From Bacillota bacterium (GTDB lineage: Bacteria > Bacillota > Clostridia > Christensenellales > Aristaeellaceae), in assembly GCA_023425025.1 (NCBI GenBank), contig JAFADG010000045.1:8172-72171 (forward strand): a stretch of 64,000 nt of DNA. The letters run 5' to 3'. A program made the position numbers and the translations under genes. The notes beneath the pieces were generated by a model. It was not told the origin of the DNA. It saw only the letters and a program-made list of their open reading frames with translations, and did not search any database. This document shows, in pieces, positions 38,850-47,976 of this stretch (positions are counted from its first letter, which is position 1; the number at the start of each line of letters is the position of its first letter).

Positions 38850-39557
38850 ATGCAGTTTCAAAAGCTCAGCGCGCCGACGCTCAAGGAATTGTTCATTCGG
38901 GAAATGGAATCTATGATCTTATCCGGCCGGCTGCCGGTGGGCACCCAACTGCCCCCGGAGAGGGAACTGGCCGCCGCCATGCAGGTGAGCCGGGCAGTGG
39001 TCAACGCCGGCATCGTCGAGCTTGCGAAAAAGGGCTTCCTGGTGGTGCGGCCGCGGCTGGGCACCTATGTGGCCGATTACCGGCGGGATGGCACCATTGA
39101 AACCTTTCTTTCCATTGTAGGCTACAACGGCGGCATGCTAAGGCAGGAGGAGGTGCGCTCCATCCTGGAACTGCGCATCGCGCTGGATACCCTGGCCGTG
39201 CAGCTTTGCGCCGCCCGCATCACCGATGGGGAGCTGAGCGCGCTAAGGGCCGCCGCCAATGCCATCGGCCAATCGAAAACCGATGAGGAGGCGGTGGGCC
39301 ACGCCTTTTCCTTTCAGCACCAATTGGCCCTGTATTCCGGCAACACGCTGCTGCCCATTATCTTCAGCTCCTTCAAATCCCTGACCCGCACGCTGTGGCT
39401 AAGGTTTTGCATGCTCTACGGTGTACAGGCGTTGTTTGAAAACACCGACGCACTGTGCGCAAAATTGGAGGCGCGGGATTTTCAGGGGGCGATATGCTGC
39501 CTGACGGAGACGGTGAGAAACAGTATCGAGGGAAACAGAAAGATCTATTATTTATAA
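38850..39557 (+). CDS. GntR-family (FadR/FCD subfamily) transcriptional regulator
   Basis: N-terminal wHTH (LPPERELAAAMQVSRAVVNAGIVELAKKGFL) plus an all-helical FCD-like C-terminus. Divergent from the membrane-protein/hypB operon. Confidence 0.85.
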   Translation: MQFQKLSAPTLKELFIREMESMILSGRLPVGTQLPPERELAAAMQVSRAVVNAGIVELAKKGFLVVRPRLGTYVADYRRDGTIETFLSIVGYNGGMLRQEEVRSILELRIALDTLAVQLCAARITDGELSALRAAANAIGQSKTDEEAVGHAFSFQHQLALYSGNTLLPIIFSSFKSLTRTLWLRFCMLYGVQALFENTDALCAKLEARDFQGAICCLTETVRNSIEGNRKIYYL

Positions 39558-39858
39558 GAAAAATGTTATACATCAATCCATCGCCCTGCGGAAAACAATC
39601 TCAATGTGTTATTTGTGTAAAAAAACTGAATAATCACGGTCAAACCTGCCCATCTGTGCCAACCAGCCACCCATGCCCGATCCGCCCACGCCCAGCGCAA
39701 CATCCCTTTTCCTTTCTATATCGAACCCTCGGGGGAAGTCATGGCAGGGAGGGTGCCGTTGCGATTTCTCTACCCAAGGAGTCTGGCCAGACAAAAGCAA
39801 AGGCCGGACCGGCCGCCGGATTCGGAAAATACTGAGGCAATTCACGCATGCTAAATAA

Positions 39859-39904
39859 AATGGGCTGCCGCCCTGCGGCTGAGCCGCATAGGGGGCAGCC
39901 CATT
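39859..39904 (-). terminator. terminator after the 77-aa ORF
   Basis: AATGGGCTGCC / GGCAGCCCATT 11-bp stem, followed on the minus strand by TTTATTT. Confidence 0.6.
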
Positions 39905-39933
39905 GTTTCGAAACAGAAGCCGTTGGGGGAATT

Positions 39934-40167
39934 TTATGCTTCCCACTCGCTCAGCAGCGTTTCGCAGGCCGCGATCATCGCCCGCAGAACGCTGTCCTTG
40001 GCGTCGGTGCGGTCCATGTAGTTGTTACCCTGGTTCACATACATGCTCTGCAAAAGGCCGGTGAGATATTCTCTGGTAAACTCCGGGTCCGCGGCTTTGC
40101 GCAGCGTCAGGTTCGTATACTCGCGCTCAAACGCTTCATTATAGATCTGGTCCAGATCATGATCCAT
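39934..40167 (-). CDS. small hypothetical protein (77 aa)
   Basis: MDHDLDQIYNEAFEREYTNL... ATG at 40167 follows AAAGGAG. A strong hairpin plus T-run follows the stop. Confidence 0.55.
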   Translation of the reverse strand: MDHDLDQIYNEAFEREYTNLTLRKAADPEFTREYLTGLLQSMYVNQGNNYMDRTDAKDSVLRAMIAACETLLSEWEA

Positions 40168-40391
40168 AGCGAATCTCCTTTTCGGTGGCCGGCTCCGCTG
40201 CCCTGGCGCCCAGGGCGAAGCGTAGGCTGTTCCATTATATAAACAAGCGGCCCGGTACGCAAGCAAAAGCGTCGCTTTTTTGTGCAGTAGGGGGGATGCC
40301 CCCGTACAGCCAATGGATTATCAGAGGCGGGCGGGCAGGCAATTACACAAAAAACGCCCGGCTTATCGCCGGGCGGCTGTCATGAAAACAG

Positions 40392-40712
40392 TTACTGGCA
40401 CACCACCGCCGTGCCGGAGGCGGTCACCATCAGCATGCCGTTGTTGGCGCCCAGCACCTCGTAGTCGATATCCACGCCGACCACCGCGTTGGCGCCCAAA
40501 TCATGGGCCCGCTGCTCCATTTCGCGCAGCGCGTTTTGCCGTGCGTTAATCAGTTCCTCTTCGTAGCTGCCGGAGCGGCCGCCAAAAAAGTTGGACAGCC
40601 CTGCCGCAAAGTCCTTGATGAAATTGACGCCGGAGATGACCTCTCCAAAGACGATGCCTTTGTACTCCACTATGCGCTTGCCGTCAATGGACGGCGTGGT
40701 GGTGACGATCAT
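40392..40712 (-). CDS. YbjQ/UPF0145 family protein
   Basis: [25 protein letters not shown]...[11 protein letters not shown]...[13 protein letters not shown] is collinear with E. coli YbjQ. AAGGAGGA ribosome-binding site. Confidence 0.9.
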   Translation of the reverse strand: MIVTTTPSIDGKRIVEYKGIVFGEVISGVNFIKDFAAGLSNFFGGRSGSYEEELINARQNALREMEQRAHDLGANAVVGVDIDYEVLGANNGMLMVTASGTAVVCQ

Positions 40713-40878
40713 ATTTCTTCCTCCTTGCGTTGTGATTTGCCCGTGAAACCTATTCCACAAAGGAAATGGAAATTCCTACAAAACCTCGCCGGCATCAGCG
40801 GTTTTCGCCGGCCATGGCCGGGAGGATGTATGCATAATTTTCCGACCGCTGCCCGAAGATAGGAGCGAGGTGAAAAGA

Positions 40879-41064
40879 ATGCGTAATATGTTGAGCAATT
40901 CACAGATGCCGATGGGGCTGGGGATGGCATTCGCGGAAAACATGGAGGCGATGAGCCGCTTTACAGCCATGACAAACGCGGAGCAGCAATCGGTAATCAG
41001 CAGGGCGCGCACCATTCATTCCAAAGAAGAGATGCAAGCCCTGGTGCGTTCCCTGATTTCATAA
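40879..41064 (+). CDS. small hypothetical protein (61 aa)
   Basis: MRNMLSNSQMPMGLGMAFAENMEAMSRFTAMTNAEQQSVISRARTIHSKEEMQALVRSLIS. The ATG is 6 nt after GAGGTG. Confidence 0.5.
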   Translation: MRNMLSNSQMPMGLGMAFAENMEAMSRFTAMTNAEQQSVISRARTIHSKEEMQALVRSLIS

Positions 41065-41244
41065 AATGCTGTGGAACAGACTGACCGGCATGCGGGATTT
41101 GCGGGAGAGACGGCGCGGCACACGCCGTTTTTTTTGCACAGTAAAAGCCGAACCGTACCCGAAGGCACGTCCGGCTTCCAAAAATATAATAAAACGCTGT
41201 GTGATCCACTTTTACCGCGTGAAATCCTGCATACGGTTTCTGAA

Positions 41245-42186
41245 TCAGCAGGAGCAGATTGCGATGCCGCCGGGGCCCTGCACACCGGCAACGCTGCCAA
41301 GGGGCAGGCCGTAGGTGGTGAACGCGGCCACCTGTCCGACGCCGGAGATAAACAGCTTTGTTTCGCCGGCATCCAGGGCGAGCTGGTCAACGCCATAGTA
41401 TGACGTGATGGTAAGGCCGTGGGCGAACGAACGCTCAAACGTCAGGTTCCCTGCGATGGGATCGAAGGCGTAGATATCGACATTCGCGGCCGTCAGGGCG
41501 AACACATGCCTGCCGTCACGCGTAACAGCCAGGCTCTGCGGATCTTCGGAGGATGGCGCGCCGCCCAGCAAAACGACGTTTGGGGGGATCAGCGTGCTCA
41601 GCACGTTGACGCGGTGGTCCGTATTGGCGGCCACAAAGGCAAACTCTCCGTTGGGGCTGAAAACAAGATTGATCGGGCCCGCTCCGGCGGGAAAGCTCTG
41701 CCCCGTGTCCTCCAACGTGCCATCGGGGTGGATTACGAACCTGTGAACGCTGTTATTGAAAAAATCCGCCGTCAATACAAGCTCGCGGCTTCTGGGAGAA
41801 ATGGCGACAGCCTGCGCGCTGGCGGGCTGGGCGGAGACAAATACGTTCTGCCGGGACGAATAGGACACGATGTCCTGGTTCGTGGCAGAACCGTCTACGG
41901 ACAGCGCGTATTTGCCGTCCGGCGTCAGCGCCACATCCTCAAGAAAAGTGGAGGAAACCGCGCTGCCCACAACCCGGGCAGGCATTGCGCACAGATCAAT
42001 TTGATACATTGTCCGGTCATCAAAGGAAGTGACGAAGGCGCGGGTACACTCTGTGTTGACCGCCACATCAAGAAGGTCGGCGTCGATGGGTAGCTGCTGC
42101 AGCACTTCCAGTGTGTTTGTATCGAATATGCTGACTCTCCGGTTGGCGCTTTCCACGACAATACCGGGATAGCCTCTTGTATACAT
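41245..42186 (-). CDS. beta-propeller repeat protein (YncE/lactonase-like), no signal peptide seen
   Basis: 313 aa of repeated beta-strand-rich units of about 40 aa (V..D...A.V....). ATG at 42186 follows AAGGAG. Ends in ...GGIAICSC. Confidence 0.5.
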   Translation of the reverse strand: MYTRGYPGIVVESANRRVSIFDTNTLEVLQQLPIDADLLDVAVNTECTRAFVTSFDDRTMYQIDLCAMPARVVGSAVSSTFLEDVALTPDGKYALSVDGSATNQDIVSYSSRQNVFVSAQPASAQAVAISPRSRELVLTADFFNNSVHRFVIHPDGTLEDTGQSFPAGAGPINLVFSPNGEFAFVAANTDHRVNVLSTLIPPNVVLLGGAPSSEDPQSLAVTRDGRHVFALTAANVDIYAFDPIAGNLTFERSFAHGLTITSYYGVDQLALDAGETKLFISGVGQVAAFTTYGLPLGSVAGVQGPGGIAICSC

Positions 42187-42339
42187 GGGTGCCACTCCTT
42201 TTCTTTTGAAAAGATGTCCTCCCATATATCGTATGGAACCCCTGCGTGATTTGTTCCCGGGCGCGGCAAAGGGGAGCTTTGACAACCGGAAAAGACCATG
42301 CTATCTTAAGGGAAAGACCGCGCGCAAGGAGGAAGCGAT

Positions 42340-43095
42340 ATGGGGGACGGCCACCGCCCCGGACTGTATCCCGCGCCGGATGCAAAACTGGTAGTGATCT
42401 TCGTCCATGGCTTCCTGGGCGGACCGGGCCAGTTTGAGGCGCTGGTCCGGGCGGTCACCGCCGCGGGCTTTGCCGCGCAGACGCTGCTGCTGCCGGGCCA
42501 CGGCGGGCATGTTTGGGATTTTGCCCGCCATCCCGGCCGGGAATGGCAGGCGGCCGTGGACGATGCCTTGCGCTCTGCCCTTGCGCGATACGAAAAGGTG
42601 GTGCTGATGGGCCACTCCCTGGGCGGGCTGCTGAGCGTGAACGCATCGCGCAGGGCGGGCCCGGCCCACGGCCTGGCGCTGTGGGAAGTGCCGCTGAAGC
42701 TTCGCGTGCGTCTGCGCGGCCTCAAAAATGATCTGACGGTGGCCCTTGTGCCCCGGCGGCTGCATAATCCGGTGGCCAGGGCCTATTGCGCGGCCAACAG
42801 CGTGCGCGTTATCACGCCGCTTGGGTACCTGATGACCATCCCCCGGGCGGCGGAGTTGCTCCGCATCATGGCGGACACGGAGCGGGAGCTCTCCCACGTC
42901 AAGGGCCCGGTATTGCTCATCCAATCCCGGGAGGATGAGATCGTTCATCCCAGCAGCATCGAAAGGCTGGAAAAGGGATTAAGCGGCGCGCAGGTCACTC
43001 GCCTTGCCTTGCAAGCTTCCTGGCATTCCTATTTCCCGGACGATGAGTTTACCCTGCTGCGCGACCACTTTATCGCCTGGCTGAAAACTGTGTAA
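42340..43095 (+). CDS. alpha/beta hydrolase (carboxylesterase/monoacylglycerol-lipase type)
   Basis: VIFVHGFLGGPGQF, nucleophile elbow GHSLGG, and a C-terminal Asp/His region (SREDEIVHP ... SWHSYF). Confidence 0.75.
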   Translation: MGDGHRPGLYPAPDAKLVVIFVHGFLGGPGQFEALVRAVTAAGFAAQTLLLPGHGGHVWDFARHPGREWQAAVDDALRSALARYEKVVLMGHSLGGLLSVNASRRAGPAHGLALWEVPLKLRVRLRGLKNDLTVALVPRRLHNPVARAYCAANSVRVITPLGYLMTIPRAAELLRIMADTERELSHVKGPVLLIQSREDEIVHPSSIERLEKGLSGAQVTRLALQASWHSYFPDDEFTLLRDHFIAWLKTV

Positions 43096-43257
43096 AAGCG
43101 CACGTCCTGAGGCAAGCCCTTTAAAGTGGATTTGTCCATTCCGGGCGTTTTTCTCTGACCTTGTTTTTCTGCTTGGAGTCCAGTTTGGGCGCAAAGGGAA
43201 GAATGACTGGTGCATGTTTATTATACTGCCTTGAAAACTGGTTGCAGGTATGCAGAG

Positions 43258-43384
43258 CCTTTCCCCTCAAGGGGAAGGTGGCGCGTAGCGCCGGATGAGG
43301 TACTTAGTTGCACTTGTCGAGCCGAGGCTTGGCACCTCATCAGTCACCTTCGGTGACAGCTTCCCCTCAAGGGGAAGCCTCCCG
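43258..43384 (-). repeat. structured repeat, family B, full copy (five consecutive hairpins)
   Basis: Five hairpins in order: TTCCCCtcaaGGGGAA (43261-43276), GGCGCgtaGCGCC (43280-43292), GATGAGGTAC...GCACCTCATC (43294-43341), GTCACCttcgGTGAC (43343-43357), GCTTCCCCtcaaGGGGAAGC (43359-43378). Confidence 0.8.
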
Positions 43385-43438
43385 CATGCTTGCCGCAACC
43401 CATTTTCAGAATGGGAAAAATTAGAGGAAACAAGAAAT

Positions 43439-43477
43439 AGCCAAAGCAATTCTCCCAAGGGTTGGACTGCTTTGGCT
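43439..43477 (-). terminator. terminator of the ABC exporter operon
   Basis: AGCCAAAGCA / TGCTTTGGCT stem, followed on the minus strand by ATTTCTTGTTTCC. Confidence 0.55.
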
Positions 43478-43520
43478 GCTTCACACAAGGAGCCATTCTC
43501 TGCGCCACTAATCTCTGAAT

Positions 43521-45254
43521 TTATACACTCCAGCCCAGGCTTTCCTGCTGGATATGCCACAGCCTGGCATACAGCCCGTTCTTTTGGAGCAGCTCGTCGT
43601 GGGTGCCCTGCTCTGCCAGATTTCCTTCATCCAGCACGATGATCCTGTTGGCGCCGGCGATGGTTTTCAGCCGGTGGGCGATGACGATCACTGTCCGGTC
43701 GCGGATCAATTCGGAAATGGCCTCCTGAATCAGCACTTCGTTTTCCGGGTCGATGGAGGCGGTGGCCTCGTCCAGCAGCACGATGGGCGCATCCTTCAAA
43801 ATGGCCCTGGCAATGGAAATTCGCTGGCGCTCCCCGCCGGATAACGTGCAGCCGTTTTCCCCGATGAGGGTGTCATAGCCCTTTTCCATTTTGCCGATGA
43901 ACGCGTCGCAACGGGCGACCCTGGCGGCGGCGCGCACTTGCTCGTCGGTGGCGCCCTGCCGGCCGATGCGTATGTTGTTGATCACCGTGTCGTTAAAGAG
44001 CACCACATCCTGAAACACAAAGCTCATATGCTTCATCAGCGTTTCGGGGTCGATGTCCCGTATGTTTTTGCCGCCGATGGTGATTTCCCCCTTGTCCACA
44101 TCCCAGAACCTGGCGATCAGGCGGGAGATGGTGCTCTTGCCTGAGCCGGAGGGACCCACCAGGGCCGTCACCGCGTTTTGCGGCAGCGTGAAGCTGATAT
44201 TCTTGATGACATCCTCCCGGTTGTAGGCGAAGGTCACGTTGTTAAAGGCGATGCTGCAATCGGGCAGGATGACGCTTGTGTCACCCTCCATCACCGGCTC
44301 CTCCCGAAGCTGTTGCATGCGCCGGGTCGAGGCGAACAGGTACATCACCTCGGCCAGCATGGTCAATACCGCCAGCACCGGGGCGTAGATGCGGGTGCTG
44401 ATCATGGTATACGTCAAAAACTTGATCACGTCCAGGCTTCCCGCGGTTAACAGGTTCACGCCAATCAATATGACCACGCCGATGCCCACCTGCAAAATAA
44501 CGGAGGACAGGGTGACAAAGCTGCCGGCAATGGCTTCAAAGGTAATGGCCTCCTTCATCATCTGCTTGAGCGCCGATTTGAGGGCCGCCGATTTCTCGCC
44601 GGACAGGCCAAAGGCCTTCACCACCTTGATGCCGTCCAGGTATTCCTGAATCTGCTTGGAAACATTCAGCTTGGCCTTGATATGGCGCTCGCCGAACTTT
44701 TTTTGAATCTTTCTGGAAAGGTAGATCACGCCCATGGAGATGGGGAGCACGAACAAAAGCGCCAGCGTCATACGCCAGTCGTAAAACGCCAGCAGGATGG
44801 AAACAAGGGCAATGGAGATGGCATTGCCGGCGATTTGGGGCACCGCGTGGCTCATCATCTGTTCTACGGTGGCGCAGTCGCCCATGATGTTGGTGGTCAG
44901 TTCCGATAAATCCTTGCGGTTGAAAAAGGAAAGCGGAAGCCTGCGCATATGCTCCGCCACCTCGATGCGGATGTTGGTGCATTCGGCATAGGCGGTGGTG
45001 TAGGTTTTGTCATACTCCACGCTGTAGACAAAGTAATACAACGCCGCGGCCAGCAGGCCGGTAAAAAACAGCAGCCACAGCCGGCCGGTATTCAGGGGCA
45101 GTCCCGCGGCCAAAGGCGCGATGATGACCTGCATCGCCTGCATGATCACCGCAAAGGGAAGAAAAAGCACGATGTTGGCTAGCACGCAGACGAAGATTGC
45201 CCGCTTCAAATCCCGCGCGCCCTTGTCGGATAAATGCAGCAGCTTTTTAAGCAT
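43521..45254 (-). CDS. ABC exporter, fused permease/ATPase (second half of a heterodimer)
   Basis: Six TM helices, Walker A GPSGSGKST, signature LSGGERQR, Walker B LLDEATASID. The ATG at 45254 overlaps the upstream stop by 8 nt. Confidence 0.9.
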   Translation of the reverse strand: MLKKLLHLSDKGARDLKRAIFVCVLANIVLFLPFAVIMQAMQVIIAPLAAGLPLNTGRLWLLFFTGLLAAALYYFVYSVEYDKTYTTAYAECTNIRIEVAEHMRRLPLSFFNRKDLSELTTNIMGDCATVEQMMSHAVPQIAGNAISIALVSILLAFYDWRMTLALLFVLPISMGVIYLSRKIQKKFGERHIKAKLNVSKQIQEYLDGIKVVKAFGLSGEKSAALKSALKQMMKEAITFEAIAGSFVTLSSVILQVGIGVVILIGVNLLTAGSLDVIKFLTYTMISTRIYAPVLAVLTMLAEVMYLFASTRRMQQLREEPVMEGDTSVILPDCSIAFNNVTFAYNREDVIKNISFTLPQNAVTALVGPSGSGKSTISRLIARFWDVDKGEITIGGKNIRDIDPETLMKHMSFVFQDVVLFNDTVINNIRIGRQGATDEQVRAAARVARCDAFIGKMEKGYDTLIGENGCTLSGGERQRISIARAILKDAPIVLLDEATASIDPENEVLIQEAISELIRDRTVIVIAHRLKTIAGANRIIVLDEGNLAEQGTHDELLQKNGLYARLWHIQQESLGWSV

Positions 45255-47073
45255 TGTTTGCCACCTGCCTTTTCGCAATCGTCCAGCTCATCGCCGAGGT
45301 ATACTGCTGCCACATGCGGCTGTACCGTCCGCCGGACAGGACAAGCGCGTCGTGCCGGCCTTCCTCCGCAAGGCGCCCTTCATCGATCACCAGGATTTTG
45401 CCGGCGCCCCGCACGGTGGACAGCCGGTGGGCGATGATGATCACCGTTTTGTTCTTCATCAGCTGCTCAAAGGCAAGCTGTATCTTGTGCTCATTTTCTG
45501 GGTCCGCAAAAGCGGTGGCCTCGTCCAGCACGATGATGGGAGCGTTTTTCAAAATCGCCCTGGCGATGACGATGCGCTGCTTTTCCCCGCCGGACAGGTG
45601 GATGTTGTTGGTGCCGATAACCGTGTCGTAGCCGCTGGGCAGCTTTTCGATAAACTCATGGCACTGGGCGGCCTTGGCCGCCGCGATTACCTGATTCCGG
45701 CTGGCGTTCCTGTTCCCGATGCGGATGTTGTCCAATATGCTTTGCTGGAACAAAAACACCTCCTGGAACACAAAGCTGACGATGCTCATCAGGTAGTCAT
45801 TGGACATTTCCCGTATATCCACGCCCCCGATTTTGATGCTGCCGGCGTTCACGTCGTAAAACCGGGGGATCAGGTGGGCAATGGTGCTTTTGCCGGAGCC
45901 GGAGGGGCCCACCAGCGCCGTGACTTCGTTCTGTTTTGCGGTAAAGCTTATGTCCGACAGCGTCTCCGCCTCCCCGTAAGAAAAGCTGACATGCTCAAAG
46001 GCGATGTCAAAGCCGGATGCCGTTTTGGGGCTTTGGGTTTCGGGCAGGGGCTGTATTGCAAACACCCTATCCATGCGCTCGATGCCGTCGGCGATCTGCT
46101 TGCCCTTTTGGGATACGTACATCAGCTTTAAAAACGGCGCGGTGATGGCTACTGAGAAGATGAGGTAAAACAGGGCCGACATCGCGAACCTGGGATAATC
46201 GGTCACGCCGCCGGACAGCCAAATAACGGCCGGCACCAGGAAAATATAAATGTTGTTGAGGATGACAAGAAACATCACGAACCCTTTTTTGAAGGCCTTT
46301 GTGTAGGCCAGGGCGAAATCGCCGTAGGTTTTGATGGAATCGTAAAATTTGCGGAAGGAGTAAATGGTCTGGCTGAAGGCCTTCACCACCGAAATGCCCC
46401 GCACATACTCCACCGAGGCGTTGTTCATATCCTCCAGCGAATCCTGGTAGGTTTTGATGAATTGCATGGCGTTCTTGCCCGTGTAGGCGCTTTGCAGCAC
46501 GTACATCACAAAGACAGGCACCAGCGTCGCCAGCCCCAGCCGCCAGTCAAACACGAACAGTATGGCATGGATCACCACCGGCGTGGCCATGGAGCCCACG
46601 ATGTCGGGCAGCTGGTGGGCGATGAACCCTTCCAGCTTTTCAATGTTTTCGTCCACAATCTTGCGTATTTTTCCCGTGGCGTTTTCGGTATGAAAGCCCA
46701 TGGGCAGGCTGGCCAGATGGTTTGTGAACTTGAGTTTCAGGGCGTACAGCGTTTTGAAGGCAGCCATATGGGAACACATGAGCGCGAGGAAGTTCAGCAA
46801 AATCGCCCCGATGGCCGAGCCACCGGCCAGCCAGCCCAGGCGGACCATGTACCCGCCGTCCAGCCGGCCCAAGTCGCCCATGTTCAGGGCCAGTTCCCGT
46901 ATGATGTAATAGATGGCGATAAACGGCACGAAGGATACCGCCACGCTGATGACCGAGAGCACGCAGGCCGATACGGCCAGCGCCTTTCTGGTAAAAGCCA
47001 GCTCCCACATACGCTGCGTGCCGCTTTTGGGCCGGCTTTCCACCTGCGGATTTTCCACCTTTGGACGGATCAT
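45247..47073 (-). CDS. ABC exporter, fused permease/ATPase (first half of a heterodimer)
   Basis: Walker A GPSGSGKST, LSGGEKQR, VLDEATAFADP. AAGGAGGA before the ATG at 47073. Confidence 0.9.
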   Translation of the reverse strand: MIRPKVENPQVESRPKSGTQRMWELAFTRKALAVSACVLSVISVAVSFVPFIAIYYIIRELALNMGDLGRLDGGYMVRLGWLAGGSAIGAILLNFLALMCSHMAAFKTLYALKLKFTNHLASLPMGFHTENATGKIRKIVDENIEKLEGFIAHQLPDIVGSMATPVVIHAILFVFDWRLGLATLVPVFVMYVLQSAYTGKNAMQFIKTYQDSLEDMNNASVEYVRGISVVKAFSQTIYSFRKFYDSIKTYGDFALAYTKAFKKGFVMFLVILNNIYIFLVPAVIWLSGGVTDYPRFAMSALFYLIFSVAITAPFLKLMYVSQKGKQIADGIERMDRVFAIQPLPETQSPKTASGFDIAFEHVSFSYGEAETLSDISFTAKQNEVTALVGPSGSGKSTIAHLIPRFYDVNAGSIKIGGVDIREMSNDYLMSIVSFVFQEVFLFQQSILDNIRIGNRNASRNQVIAAAKAAQCHEFIEKLPSGYDTVIGTNNIHLSGGEKQRIVIARAILKNAPIIVLDEATAFADPENEHKIQLAFEQLMKNKTVIIIAHRLSTVRGAGKILVIDEGRLAEEGRHDALVLSGGRYSRMWQQYTSAMSWTIAKRQVANNA

Positions 47074-47186
47074 GTGATTCCTCCTTTATTATTGGTTAGC
47101 TTACGCTAACCAAATATCAAAAAGAAAACGCCCCTGTGCTGAAATTAGCCAAGGCTAACCCGGCGTGATAAAAAACAGCAGCTTCA

Positions 47187-47816
47187 TCATGCCCCGCCTT
47201 CAAACAGTTTGTGAAAGACACAGTTCCAGCCGCCGGTATAAAAGGTGCACAGAAAATCGAGGTTCTCGATAGCCTGCTCGTAGCTCAGGTTATGGCGGAC
47301 AGGCTCCAGAATCGCGTTGATGTAGCTGTCGGAGATGATGTGGATAAGCGTCTTGTTCAGCTTCGCTTTCATCCCCTTTTCCTTTTCCATGCGGTCAAGG
47401 TACAAAAGCGTATGCGCTACTTCATAGCCGACAATGGTATGCACATAATCGGCTTTGGACGAGCCTTCCGCGCAGGATACCAGCAGACGGAACACATCGA
47501 AGTTTTCATAGATGAATCCGTAGATTTTGTGAAGATCGTCGATTGTGCCCTGCAGGGTGATTTCCCCGACAATGCCGGTATTGTTGTAATAGGAAGTGCT
47601 CAGATCGGTGAACATTCGTTCCACCTGTTTGCATACCGGGTCTACGATCGCTTCAAACAAGGCGTTCTTGTCCTTGAAATAACCATAGATCGCCCCTGTC
47701 GTCAGCCCCGCGGCGGAGGCGATGTTCCGAAGGGAGGCGTTTTGAAAACCGTTCTGCAGAAATTCCTGCTTGCCGCAGCCCAGAATTTTCTCTTGGGTGC
47801 TCACCGATGAATCCAT
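47187..47816 (-). CDS. TetR/AcrR-family transcriptional regulator
   Basis: N-terminal HTH ASLRNIASAAGLTTGAIYGYFKDK. Directly upstream of the ABC exporter pair, with a large palindrome in its promoter region. Confidence 0.9.
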   Translation of the reverse strand: MDSSVSTQEKILGCGKQEFLQNGFQNASLRNIASAAGLTTGAIYGYFKDKNALFEAIVDPVCKQVERMFTDLSTSYYNNTGIVGEITLQGTIDDLHKIYGFIYENFDVFRLLVSCAEGSSKADYVHTIVGYEVAHTLLYLDRMEKEKGMKAKLNKTLIHIISDSYINAILEPVRHNLSYEQAIENLDFLCTFYTGGWNCVFHKLFEGGA

Positions 47817-47833
47817 ATCCGTCCCCCTTCCAC

Positions 47834-47884
47834 GCTTAATATAACACCGTTATATAACACCGTTATATAACGGTGTTATATTAA
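47834..47884. promoter_or_regulatory. 51-bp palindrome, probable TetR operator
   Basis: CTTAATATAACACCGTTATATAA caccg TTATATAACGGTGTTATATTAAG. The arms are perfect 23-bp inverted repeats, and an internal tandem ATAACACCGTTAT is present twice. 18 nt upstream of the tetR start. Confidence 0.7.
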
Positions 47885-47976
47885 GTGATATGGCACCCAA
47901 TGTCAAGATCAATATTTATGTCGATAAAAAATAATGGATTGCCCGGGAAATTGAACGGACAATTTCAGTCATTCGG

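Noticed and set aside
39700-39760. tRNA-like GGTTCGAT string on the minus strand in the 300-nt spacer after the GntR gene
   Set aside because: The flanking bases do not form a T-stem or an acceptor stem, and there is no anticodon arm. Not a tRNA or tmRNA end.
47834-47884. Tandem ATAACACCGTTAT units as a possible mini-CRISPR or satellite
   Set aside because: There are only two units and no spacers. They are part of one perfect palindrome at a TetR promoter, so it is an operator, not an array.
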